Assembly (NCBI GenBank): GCA_030618465.1
Contig: JAUXDD010000001.1
Location: 1-44,859 of the forward strand
Length of the DNA stretch: 44,859 nucleotides
Source of the DNA: Desulfobacteraceae bacterium
Lineage (GTDB): Bacteria > Desulfobacterota > Desulfobacteria > Desulfobacterales > SURF-7
Direction of reading: 5' to 3'
The position numbers and the translations under genes were made by a program. This document shows, one piece after another, positions 1 to 8,966 of the stretch (position 1 is the stretch's first letter; every line of letters starts with the position of its first letter). The notes beneath the pieces are model-generated. The model saw nothing but the letters and a program-made list of their open reading frames with translations. It did no database searches and was not told the DNA's origin.

Positions 1-110
1 CACAACTTAAAAAAGAGGGCAAAACAATTTGGCTGCGAATTAGTAATTATCAAAGAACAACAGGTGGTTACATAGTGCAACTAAAAACGAGTTATTTGTA
101 AGTCCGATTT

Positions 111-146
111 CTCCACCCCCGGCGGGAGGGGATTAAGGGGCGGGGG
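111..146. repeat. GC-rich palindromic (REP-like) intergenic element, copy A
   Basis: The sequence 'ctccacccccggcgggaggggattaaggggcggggg' is a sharp GC-rich island in AT-rich intergenic DNA. Its reverse complement 'cccccgccccttaatcccctcccgccgggggtggag' resembles copy B at 172..216 (C-runs, then CTCCCGyC, then G-runs). It contains self-complementary C-run/G-run arms. Confidence 0.45.
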
Positions 147-171
147 ATATAATAGACTGGAATTACATTTT

Positions 172-216
172 ATTCACCCTCACCCCGGCCCTCTCCCGTC
201 AAGGTAGAGGGAGATT
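172..216. repeat. GC-rich palindromic (REP-like) intergenic element, copy B, inverted relative to copy A
   Basis: The sequence is 'attcaccctcaccccggccctctcccgtcaaggtagagggagatt'. It has a TCTCCC/GGGAGA stem with an 11-nt loop. The conceptual translation FTLTPALSRQGRG is typical of the spurious peptides produced by this kind of element. It lies 25 bp from copy A, in the opposite orientation. Confidence 0.45.
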
Positions 217-253
217 TTCGATCCATCAATTCTGTATAAAAAAAGAGCAGGCA

Positions 254-991
254 ATGGAAAGATATATTACAAATAAAATTTTAATTTTACTCTGTTTGTC
301 TGGTATAATTGTTTTTTACTTTCAATGCAGTGCAAAGGGATCACAGCCGTTTGACTTCCAGAAAAAACGGGAACAGATGATAAATACCCAAATAGAGGCC
401 AGGGGAATTAAAAACAAACACGTATTAAGTGCCATGAGAAATGTTAAACGGCATTTGTTTGTTCCTGAAAAATATAAACATCAGGCGTATGATGACAATC
501 CATTGCCAATTGGAGAAGGCCAGACGATTTCTCAACCATATATTGTTGCGTTAATGACCGCAGTATTAAATATGGATAAAAAAAAGAATATACTTGAAAT
601 AGGAACGGGTTCAGGTTATCAGGCAGCAGTGCTCGCAGAAATTTGCAATAAGGTTTATACGATAGAAATTATTGATATCCTTGGAATGAGAGCAAAAAAA
701 ATTCTGGATACGATTGGTTATAAAAATATTCAATTCAGGATTGGTGACGGATATAAAGGGTGGAAAGAATTCAGTCCTTTTGATGCAATCATTGTGACGT
801 GTTCTCCTACCCATGTTCCACAACCGCTTAAAGATCAACTGGCAGAAGGCGGAAACATGATAATCCCTGTTGGAAAGGGGTATTCTCAGTATCTTGTGCT
901 GTTGACAAAAAAAGATGGAAAAATAATAAAAAACAAGGTGATTCCTGTAAGGTTTGTTCCAATGGTAAGAGAGGACGGGAAAATTTATTAA
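254..991 (+). CDS. pcm: protein-L-isoaspartate O-methyltransferase with a hydrophobic N-terminal extension
   Basis: 245-aa ORF. It carries the PCMT signature 'GQTISQPYIVALM' and SAM motif I 'LEIGTGSGYQAAVLAE'. Homology to cytoplasmic Pcm begins around residue 36. Residues 8-25 are hydrophobic. Confidence 0.93.
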   Translation: MERYITNKILILLCLSGIIVFYFQCSAKGSQPFDFQKKREQMINTQIEARGIKNKHVLSAMRNVKRHLFVPEKYKHQAYDDNPLPIGEGQTISQPYIVALMTAVLNMDKKKNILEIGTGSGYQAAVLAEICNKVYTIEIIDILGMRAKKILDTIGYKNIQFRIGDGYKGWKEFSPFDAIIVTCSPTHVPQPLKDQLAEGGNMIIPVGKGYSQYLVLLTKKDGKIIKNKVIPVRFVPMVREDGKIY

Positions 992-1087
992 GTTTCCCGA
1001 ATAATTTTTTTGTGGTACGCTATTTAGTATAACTATTCATTAATTCACACTGTTTTCTATAAGGGAAAAAGAAGTATACGTTTACAT

Positions 1088-3508
1088 ATGGAAAAACAAA
1101 AAAGCTCATCCAGGATAATAAAAAAACGTGCCAAACGAGAATCACGGAGTTTTTTAAAAAAAGGTTTTATCTGGTTCTTTTATGTGGTAATTCTTTTAAT
1201 TATTTCAGGTGGTTCAGCTATTACCGGGTTTTATTTCTATATCAGTGATGATCTTCCGAAAATATCTACGCTAAATGATTATCGTCCCCCTGTAATAACA
1301 ACCGTTTATTCAGATGATGAAAGCAAAATTGCTGAATTCTATAATGAACGCAGAATAGTGGTTCCTTTATCAGAAATTCCCAAAATTCTGGTTGATGCAT
1401 TTGTGGCTGCTGAAGACGCAAGGTTTTTCAAGCATAAAGGAATTGATATATATAGTGTAATGCGCGCGTTTTTTAAAAATATTGAGGCAGGAACGATTGT
1501 CCAGGGGGGAAGTACGATAACCCAGCAGGTTACCAAATCCTTTTTGCTTACTTCAGAAAAGAGTTACAGTAGAAAAATTAAAGAGGCTATCCTTGCCTAT
1601 CGTATTGATAAGTTGTTTAAAAAAGAAGAAATTCTCTATCTATACTTAAACCAGATATATATGGGCCATGGTGCATATGGTGTTGAAGCGGCGTCTGAAA
1701 ATTATTTTGGAAAATTGGTTAAAGATTTAAACCTCGCTGAATGCGCCATTTTAGCCGGCCTCCCCCAGGCCCCCAGTAATTATTCGCCGTTCAGATATCC
1801 CGAAAGGGCCCAAAAACGCCAGATTTATGTTTTAAAAAGAATGGTAGCCGAAGGTTATATTACTAATATTCAAGCGGATGAAGCGATTCATACAGCGCTT
1901 GATATAAAACCCAGAAGAAACTGGTATATTGAAAAAGTCCCCTGTTACACGGAGCACATAAGGCGTTATGTAGAAAAAAAATATGGGAAGGATAAATTAT
2001 ATAACGGGGGATTAAAAATTTACACCGCTGTTAACGTTGATACACAGAGAATTGCACGACATGAAATAGAAAAAGGTTTAAAAGCACTTGATAAGCGCCA
2101 GGGGTATCGTGGGGCGGGGGGACATCTCGCGCCGGAGGAAATAGAATCTTTTTTAAAAGAGCTTGGTGAAAAAAAGGAATTTAATGAATCCATTGAAGAT
2201 GGAAAAACTGTAAAAGGTGTTGTCATAAACATTGATAATAATGAAAACAAGGCAACTGTTAGAATGGTACATGGCGTGGGAATTATTAAAATTGAGAACA
2301 TGATTTGGGCCAGAAAGCCAAATATAGCCGTTGCATACTACGAAGCAAAAATTTCTCATCCAGGAGAAGCGCTGAAGGTTGGGGATGTAATAATGGTAAA
2401 CGTTTTAGGAAAAGTTGCATATGAAAAGAAAAAAGAAATTATATGGGATCTTGCACTGGAACAAGAACCCGAGGTTCAGGCGGCACTCCTTTGTATTGAA
2501 GGGGAGACCGGCCATGTGAAAGTTATGATTGGCGGGCGTGATTTCAAAGACAGCCAGTTTAACAGAGCCATCCAGTCAAGAAGACAACCAGGCTCAGCAT
2601 TCAAGCCGGTTATATATGCGGCAGCGCTTGACAAGGGGTTTACGGCAGCAACTGTTATTATCGACTCCCCCATTGTTTTCGAAGATAAAAAAAGGGATTT
2701 CACCTGGAAACCAAAAAATTACGAAAAAAAGTTTTTCGGTCCAACACTGTTTCGTACAGCGCTTGAAAAATCACACAATGTAATTACTGTCAAGATTTTA
2801 AGAGATATAGGCGTTGATTATGCCATAGACTATGCAAAAAAACTCGGTATTAATTCCAGGCTGAGCAAGGACCTTTCTATTGCCCTTGGTTCATCCGGCA
2901 TATCGCTCCTTGAAGCGGTAAAAGCCTATTCAGTTTTTGCAAACAGCGGATATCTTGTACAACCGGTATTTATTACCAGGATTGTCGACAGGGACGGAAA
3001 TATTATTGAGGAAGTTATTCCACGAAAAGAAAAAGTGATTGAAAAAAGTACGGCCTATATAATGACAAATTTACTTGAAGGCGTAATTAAATACGGAACC
3101 GGACGAAGAGTCAGGTCATTAAACCGTCCTTGTGCTGGTAAGACAGGTACCACAAATAATTTATTCGATGCATGGTTTGTAGGCTACACCCCTGGATATA
3201 TAACAGGAACATGGGTAGGATACGATAATGAGCGCGACCTTGGGAAAGGTGAAACCGGATCACGGGCAGCGAGCCCCATATGGCTTGGTTTTATGAATAG
3301 GTTGCTGAGGGATAAACCGGTAAGGGGTTTTCAGGTTCCAGACGATGTTGTTTTTTTAAAAATTGATGCAGACACCGGCCTTCTGCCCATACCAGAATCA
3401 AATAAAACAATTTTCGAATGTTTTAAAGAGGGTACGGCTCCCACCCAACATACAAAAAAATCCGACACAATCACTAATCAGGAACAGTTTTTTAAATCCG
3501 GAGTGTAA
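1088..3508 (+). CDS. mrcA: penicillin-binding protein 1A (bifunctional transglycosylase/transpeptidase)
   Basis: 806 aa with an N-terminal TM helix. GT51 motifs 'EDARFFKHKGID' and 'GGSTITQQ' are present. Transpeptidase motifs 'SAFKP' (SxxK), 'SHN' and 'KTGTT' are present. Confidence 0.95.
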   Translation: MEKQKSSSRIIKKRAKRESRSFLKKGFIWFFYVVILLIISGGSAITGFYFYISDDLPKISTLNDYRPPVITTVYSDDESKIAEFYNERRIVVPLSEIPKILVDAFVAAEDARFFKHKGIDIYSVMRAFFKNIEAGTIVQGGSTITQQVTKSFLLTSEKSYSRKIKEAILAYRIDKLFKKEEILYLYLNQIYMGHGAYGVEAASENYFGKLVKDLNLAECAILAGLPQAPSNYSPFRYPERAQKRQIYVLKRMVAEGYITNIQADEAIHTALDIKPRRNWYIEKVPCYTEHIRRYVEKKYGKDKLYNGGLKIYTAVNVDTQRIARHEIEKGLKALDKRQGYRGAGGHLAPEEIESFLKELGEKKEFNESIEDGKTVKGVVINIDNNENKATVRMVHGVGIIKIENMIWARKPNIAVAYYEAKISHPGEALKVGDVIMVNVLGKVAYEKKKEIIWDLALEQEPEVQAALLCIEGETGHVKVMIGGRDFKDSQFNRAIQSRRQPGSAFKPVIYAAALDKGFTAATVIIDSPIVFEDKKRDFTWKPKNYEKKFFGPTLFRTALEKSHNVITVKILRDIGVDYAIDYAKKLGINSRLSKDLSIALGSSGISLLEAVKAYSVFANSGYLVQPVFITRIVDRDGNIIEEVIPRKEKVIEKSTAYIMTNLLEGVIKYGTGRRVRSLNRPCAGKTGTTNNLFDAWFVGYTPGYITGTWVGYDNERDLGKGETGSRAASPIWLGFMNRLLRDKPVRGFQVPDDVVFLKIDADTGLLPIPESNKTIFECFKEGTAPTQHTKKSDTITNQEQFFKSGV

Positions 3509-3535
3509 ATTCAGATAGTTTGTTTTTTCACAACC

Positions 3536-4591
3536 CTAAGCAATATCACAAAAAATCTCATTTTCAGTAACTGAACCATCCCCGATTACTTTAATTGACC
3601 TGAGATTATATTTTTCTTTCAAGATGCCAATATTCGAGTTTTTAAGCCCCCTCATTTTTGAAATGTTTTTTGGATGAACCTTCAGAATAATTGAGTCACC
3701 CGACTTCTTTTTCTGGAGTCGCTGTAAGGCTGATACAGCTTTATCGAGAAATATTTCAGAGAATACAAGGTGGCCAAAAGCCGGGTGATAAGGACCGGCA
3801 AGGATTGCAGAACCCTGATCAAGCTCTTCTGATGCCTGGAGACCCATTCGGATAACAGGAATATTGTTTTTACTGAAAAAAAGGTATAGCTTTTTTACAA
3901 GGGAAACACAGGCATCCAGAGGAATGGGTTGGTAGAGGCTCTTTTTATACATTGTTGCCAGGGGGCTTTTTTTTAGTACAACGGTTGGATAAATCCTGAC
4001 AAAGCAGGGCATTAGAGCGGCAATTTTTTTTCCTGTATCAATTGATTTTTCTTCATTATCACCCGGAAGACCCACCATCATCTGCAGGCCGATTTTATAT
4101 CTTCGTTTTTTTAAGAGTGTTACGGCTTTTTCCGTATCCATGGTTGTGTGACCGCGATTTGCCATGGAAAGTACCTGGTCATCCATTGACTGGACACCCA
4201 GTTCAATTGTTGAAACCGGAAATGGTTCCAATAAATTAAGACGCTCGTCATCAATCGTATCCGGACGCGTGGACAAGCGGATACTGTCGACCTTTCCTTC
4301 TTTCACAAATTTATCAGCCTCAGATAGAAGAGAAAGGATAATATCTTTTTTAAGACCTAAAAAATTACCCCCGAAAAATGCGACCTGAACCTCATTTTTA
4401 TGTTTTTTTTTATATGTAAGAAAGCGGTCAATTTGCGGGCAAATAGTTTTATATAAATCAAGTTCGTATTTATAGCCTGTTATTGACGTCTGATTACAGA
4501 AAGTGCACTGATGGGGGCATCCTGAATGGGGTATAAAAACAGGAATAATAAACGGACGGTGTCTAATTGAATTCGTATCGGGTGAAGCCAT
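3536..4591 (-). CDS. radical SAM protein (ELP3/MiaB/NifB-like core), function unknown
   Basis: 351 aa with a CxxxCxxC cluster 'CPHQCTFCNQ' near the N-terminus. It starts 60 nt downstream of rnc on the same strand. Confidence 0.8.
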   Translation of the reverse strand: MASPDTNSIRHRPFIIPVFIPHSGCPHQCTFCNQTSITGYKYELDLYKTICPQIDRFLTYKKKHKNEVQVAFFGGNFLGLKKDIILSLLSEADKFVKEGKVDSIRLSTRPDTIDDERLNLLEPFPVSTIELGVQSMDDQVLSMANRGHTTMDTEKAVTLLKKRRYKIGLQMMVGLPGDNEEKSIDTGKKIAALMPCFVRIYPTVVLKKSPLATMYKKSLYQPIPLDACVSLVKKLYLFFSKNNIPVIRMGLQASEELDQGSAILAGPYHPAFGHLVFSEIFLDKAVSALQRLQKKKSGDSIILKVHPKNISKMRGLKNSNIGILKEKYNLRSIKVIGDGSVTENEIFCDIA

Positions 4592-4651
4592 TTAAAAACC
4601 TCAGATTTGGTCTCCAAGGGTCGTGGGAAAAATAAAATTTTGAAATGATTT

Positions 4652-5347
4652 CTATTTATTTTTCATAATTTCAAGGGCATTTCCTGCAGCATCCTGTTCA
4701 GCTGTTTTTTTGCTTTTTCCTGTTCCTTCAATCATCAGATCCTTAACATTTACATTTACCCTGAACGTCTTGTCATGATCAGGACCTGTTTCGTTAATAA
4801 CTTTATAAACCGGTGTAACTTTATGCGTAAATTGAACAAGTTCCTGAAGCTGGCTTTTGTAATCAAAATTGACATTTGGTGTGGAAATGGTATTTATGTG
4901 AATTGAAAAATGACGCTCAATAATACTAAACGCCGTATCAAGTCCCCCGTCTAAATAGACAGCAGCAAGAACCGCTTCCAATGTATCAGAAAGAATTGAA
5001 TTTTTATTTCTTCCGTTGGTTTGAATTTCGCCTTTTCCAAGTTGAATAAATGAACCCATATTCAAGGTTCGTGCGATAGAGGCAAGTTGAGATTCATTTA
5101 CCAGACCTGCACGCATCCTGGAAAGATCACCCTCTTTTAAATCAGGATGACGCAGCATGAGAATGTGGCCAATTATCAGATTTAATACAGCGTCTCCTAA
5201 AAACTCAAGGCATTCATTATCCTGTAATTCTTCAGCAGGCTGTTCATTTACAAAGGAGCTGTGTTGTAACGCTGTATTAAGAAAATTTATATTCTTAAAT
5301 GTGTATCCAAGGTTGGCCTCTAATTTTTTAAGCTTTGAATAATCCAT
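4652..5347 (-). CDS. rnc: ribonuclease III
   Basis: 231 aa with the RNase III signature 'ECLEFLGDAVLN' and a C-terminal dsRBD ('GPDHDKTFRV...GKSKKTAEQDAA'). It overlaps the upstream PHP gene by 20 nt. Confidence 0.95.
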   Translation of the reverse strand: MDYSKLKKLEANLGYTFKNINFLNTALQHSSFVNEQPAEELQDNECLEFLGDAVLNLIIGHILMLRHPDLKEGDLSRMRAGLVNESQLASIARTLNMGSFIQLGKGEIQTNGRNKNSILSDTLEAVLAAVYLDGGLDTAFSIIERHFSIHINTISTPNVNFDYKSQLQELVQFTHKVTPVYKVINETGPDHDKTFRVNVNVKDLMIEGTGKSKKTAEQDAAGNALEIMKNK

Positions 5348-6224
5348 ATTGTAAGGCGGTTTCCTTTAAATTTTTATACAATCCATAAGGTATAAACATA
5401 TCTCCCTTTCCAGAACCCATCTGGATTTCAGGGTTTAAGGAGCCATGAAAATCAGTGCCCCCGGTAATTAAAAGATCATGGCGATTTGCCAGTTTTGTGT
5501 ATTGGGCAATATGATTCGGTGAGTGTTCAGGATAAAAAACTTCTATACCTTTTAAACCCATTTCAATTAAAACCTTAATCAATGTTTCAAATTTTTCACC
5601 CTGTTCAAGGTTAAGAAGAGCCGGGTGAGCTAAAACAGGAATACCTCCTGCCATGGTAATGAGGCTTATTGCCATGGCACAGTCAATGCGGTATTTATCA
5701 ACATAGGCGGGCTTGCCTTTTCCCAGAAAGGTATCAAACGCATCATTTATCGATCTGGAGAAACCTTTTGCCACCATTGTTCGGGCAATATGGGGCCTTC
5801 CAATCTGTCCCTTGCCGACTTCCGTTATTACGTCATTTAATGAAATATCAATTCCAAGATTGTTAAGACACTCAATGATCCTGGGATTTCTGTTTTTCCT
5901 GGCTTGCTGGAGTCTGGCGAGAGCAGGGCTCAAATCCGGGTTATCTATATCAATGTCATATCCCAGAATATGAAAACTTCCTGATCCGGGAAAAGCCGAA
6001 GGCGGTGCGGCACTTATTTCCACCCCGGTGAGAAAATCAAGTGTATCTGGAATACCTTTTTGTATTGCCTCTATGGAGCCACGTGTTGTATCGTGATCCG
6101 TTATTGAAATGGCGCTCAGGTTAAGGTCTTGCGCTATGGCCAGAATTTCAGCAGGAGTAAATGTACCATCTGATGCAGTTGAATGAATGTGGAGATCGAT
6201 TCCCCCATTCCTGTTATATTCCAA
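5328..6224 (-). CDS. PHP-domain phosphoesterase (TrpH/YciV, RNase AM-like)
   Basis: 298 aa with the PHP motif 'IDLHIHSTASDGT' at the N-terminus, plus 'ITDHDT' and 'GGTDFHG'. It overlaps dksA by 11 nt. Confidence 0.85.
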   Translation of the reverse strand: MEYNRNGGIDLHIHSTASDGTFTPAEILAIAQDLNLSAISITDHDTTRGSIEAIQKGIPDTLDFLTGVEISAAPPSAFPGSGSFHILGYDIDIDNPDLSPALARLQQARKNRNPRIIECLNNLGIDISLNDVITEVGKGQIGRPHIARTMVAKGFSRSINDAFDTFLGKGKPAYVDKYRIDCAMAISLITMAGGIPVLAHPALLNLEQGEKFETLIKVLIEMGLKGIEVFYPEHSPNHIAQYTKLANRHDLLITGGTDFHGSLNPEIQMGSGKGDMFIPYGLYKNLKETALQYGLFKA

Positions 6225-6576
6225 GGGCTTTCTCTAAAGCCTCCTCTTTTGTTTTACAGGCAATACATTGTGCAGTAACCGGTCTGGCTTTAAGCCGCTT
6301 GATCGAAATGTCTTCTTCACATGTTTCACATAATCCAAAGGTACCATTATCGATACGTTCAAGCGCCGCCTTTATTTTTTTTATGAGTTTATGCTCTCTA
6401 TCTCTTATTCGAAGCATGAAATTGCGGTCTGATTCATGGGATGCCCGATCAGTCGGATCTGGAAAAGTTTCCTTTTGAGTTGTCATTCCCACAACTGTAT
6501 CATCTGCCTGAGATAATAGATCCTCAAGACGCCCGGTCAGTAATTTTTTGAAAAACTCAAGGTCCTTCTTTTTCAT
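6214..6576 (-). CDS. dksA: DksA/TraR family C4-type zinc-finger transcription factor
   Basis: 120 aa with a coiled-coil N-terminal half and the C4 finger 'CETCEEDISIKRLKARPVTAQCIACK'. Confidence 0.85.
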   Translation of the reverse strand: MKKKDLEFFKKLLTGRLEDLLSQADDTVVGMTTQKETFPDPTDRASHESDRNFMLRIRDREHKLIKKIKAALERIDNGTFGLCETCEEDISIKRLKARPVTAQCIACKTKEEALEKALGI

Positions 6577-6661
6577 AATAAACCCTTTTTAATAAATATA
6601 TTATATTTAGAATGTCAAAAGATAACAATTTTTATAATTAATGTAAAGTGTAAAATTTCTA

Positions 6662-6691
6662 ATTATCAGATTTTTTAGCATTTTCTGTCAA
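6662..6691 (-). promoter_or_regulatory. candidate sigma70-type promoter for the dksA-PHP-rnc operon
   Basis: On the minus strand: TTGACA (6691..6686), an 18-nt spacer, then GATAAT (6667..6662). It sits in the AT-rich 119 bp gap upstream of dksA. Pattern match only. Confidence 0.3.
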
Positions 6692-6695
6692 AGTT

Positions 6696-7640
6696 TCAAA
6701 CCATGTCATTTAAGAACTTCTCAAGAGTTTTCAGGTTGTTAACTGTGTAAATAGTATGGGCATAATCTTTGGGTAAAATCTTTTTCAACAGACCGGCAAG
6801 TACTTTTCCAGGCCCTATTTCCACAAATATTTCAATATTGTCATCCATCATTCGGCACATGGACTCATACCATCGCACCGGGCTGATAAGCTGTTTTGCC
6901 ATATTCTTTTTAATTTCATCGGCCGTATCAGACAAGTCGGCGGTAACGTTTAAAACAACCGGTTTTCCTGGTGAATGAAAGGCTATTGGATCAAGATAAT
7001 GAGCAAAATCAACCCCTGCTTTTTTTATCAGATCACTATGCCAGGCACCGCTTACTTTTAATGGTACGGCTCGGGCACCCTTTTCAGAAGCAAGGGAAGA
7101 AACCCCTTTAACAGCTTCCGGGTCACCGGTTATAACGATCTGTGTTTCGGTATTATGATTTGCAATGGATACACAGGCGGTGCCATCTTTTTTATAACTC
7201 TCAATTATTTCCCGGACTGTTGCCGCATTCATCCCGATGAGAGCGTACATGGCCCCTTTGTTTTGTGTTGCATCACGGTGCATCAACTCGCCCCTTTTAA
7301 ATACAAGGTTCAGTGTATCTTCTTTTGATACAACACCTGAAGAATAAAGCGCACTGTATTCCCCCAGGCTGTGGCCGGCTGTAATGTCTGGAAATAAAGA
7401 TTCTTTTTCAATTGCCTCAAGAAAGGCCATGTTTGTTGCTGTTATCGCGGGTTGCAGATTAACCGTTTTTGTAAGGTCTTCCATGGGGCCATTGAAGCAG
7501 AGTTGAGATATATTGCTTTTTGTTATTTCTTCAGCCATATCAAAAGTTTCTCTGACAAACCCGAATTCCTCATATAAATCCAACCCCATTCCAACAGACT
7601 GTGATCCCTGACCGGGAAATAAGAAAGCGATTTTTTTCAA
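6696..7640 (-). CDS. fabD: ACP S-malonyltransferase
   Basis: 314 aa with 'FPGQGSQ' and the active-site motif 'GHSLGEYSA'. Confidence 0.95.
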   Translation of the reverse strand: MKKIAFLFPGQGSQSVGMGLDLYEEFGFVRETFDMAEEITKSNISQLCFNGPMEDLTKTVNLQPAITATNMAFLEAIEKESLFPDITAGHSLGEYSALYSSGVVSKEDTLNLVFKRGELMHRDATQNKGAMYALIGMNAATVREIIESYKKDGTACVSIANHNTETQIVITGDPEAVKGVSSLASEKGARAVPLKVSGAWHSDLIKKAGVDFAHYLDPIAFHSPGKPVVLNVTADLSDTADEIKKNMAKQLISPVRWYESMCRMMDDNIEIFVEIGPGKVLAGLLKKILPKDYAHTIYTVNNLKTLEKFLNDMV

Positions 7641-7667
7641 TGCAATCCTCCGTTTATAAAAATTGAA

Positions 7668-8936
7668 TCAATCATCAAGTTTAAAAAGTTTTCTGGTAAT
7701 GTCAATACATGATGCCCTGTTTCCATGAAACTGGTTGTTTTTTAAATACAATGTGGGGTCATGGAGAATTTTATTAACAAGGGCATTTGTCATCTTATGG
7801 ATTGCATTGCGGTCATTTTTTGGCAGATGATTTAATGTGTGTAGTGTTTTTTCAACTTCCGCATTAGCTATAGTGTCCATTTTTTTTCGTAAGTCAACAA
7901 TTGTGGGAACCACATCAAGGTTTTCAAACCACTGCCTGAAACGGATGACCGCTTCATCAACAATCCGGTTGCCTTTGACAGCTTCTTTATTTCGTTTTTC
8001 AATATTTTCTTCAATAACCCCTTTTAAGTCATCGACGTCATAAACATATGAATTGGTAAGCCGGTTAATATGGGGGTCAATATCACGGGGAACAGCGATA
8101 TCTATAAAAAAAAGAGGTCGGTTTCGCCTTTTTCGCATAACTGATTTGACCTGGGGGCGAGTGATTACAAAATCCGGTGATCCTGTTGAACTAATTATAA
8201 TATCCACAATTTCTAAAAAATCTTCAATCTCTTCAAACCGGATAGCATTTCCGTTGAATTTTGCAGCAAGAGTTACACCCCTTTCAAACGTCCTGTTTGC
8301 GATAAAAATATCCCCGGCCCTGTTTGTGATAAGGTGTTCCACTGCAATTTCGGCCATTTCGCCCGCTCCAATCAGGAGGATTTTTTTTCCTTCAAGTGAT
8401 CCGAAAATTTTTCGGCCCAACTCTATGGCGGCATAACTGATGGATACAGCGTTATCCCCGATCCCGGTGTCATTTCTAATTCGTTTGGATATAAAAAAAG
8501 CTTTGTGCAGTAATCGGTTAAGAATTACACCTGATGTTTTTTTTGAGGTGGCCAATTGATAGGCTTCTTTTATCTGACCCAGAATTTGGGGTTCTCCCAC
8601 AACCATTGAATCCAGACTGGACGCAACTCTGAAAATATGACGGACGGCATTGTCGCCGGAATATTTGTATAGAGATTCTTTAAACGTATTGATGTTAATT
8701 TTTTTTATATCTGAAAGAAAGGCTGAGGCGGCCTCAACAGCGCCGGATATGTTTTCAGCTGCCATAAGAATTTCAACACGGTTGCATGTGGAAATCAGAA
8801 GGACTTCGTTGATTTCAGGATGTTTTTGCAGAGACTCCAGAGAATCCTTTGTTTCTTCTTTTGAAAAAGCAAGCTGTTCCCGAATATCTACCGGCGCTGT
8901 TTTATGGTTTAATCCTATTAATACTATGTTGAGCAT
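7668..8936 (-). CDS. hemA: glutamyl-tRNA reductase
   Basis: 422 aa with the catalytic 'STCNRVE' motif and the NADPH-binding 'LLIGAGEMAE' motif. Confidence 0.95.
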   Translation of the reverse strand: MLNIVLIGLNHKTAPVDIREQLAFSKEETKDSLESLQKHPEINEVLLISTCNRVEILMAAENISGAVEAASAFLSDIKKININTFKESLYKYSGDNAVRHIFRVASSLDSMVVGEPQILGQIKEAYQLATSKKTSGVILNRLLHKAFFISKRIRNDTGIGDNAVSISYAAIELGRKIFGSLEGKKILLIGAGEMAEIAVEHLITNRAGDIFIANRTFERGVTLAAKFNGNAIRFEEIEDFLEIVDIIISSTGSPDFVITRPQVKSVMRKRRNRPLFFIDIAVPRDIDPHINRLTNSYVYDVDDLKGVIEENIEKRNKEAVKGNRIVDEAVIRFRQWFENLDVVPTIVDLRKKMDTIANAEVEKTLHTLNHLPKNDRNAIHKMTNALVNKILHDPTLYLKNNQFHGNRASCIDITRKLFKLDD

Positions 8937-8966
8937 TATATTATTCGCTTAATAAAAAAAGAAATT

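Noticed and set aside
1-101. Possible 3' end of a truncated upstream CDS. Frame 1 is open to TAG at 73..75 (..LKKRAKQFGCELVIIKEQQVVT*). Frame 3 is open to TAA at 99..101.
   Set aside because: Two frames are open and 25-33 residues are too few to recognise a family. I cannot tell which frame, if either, is real.
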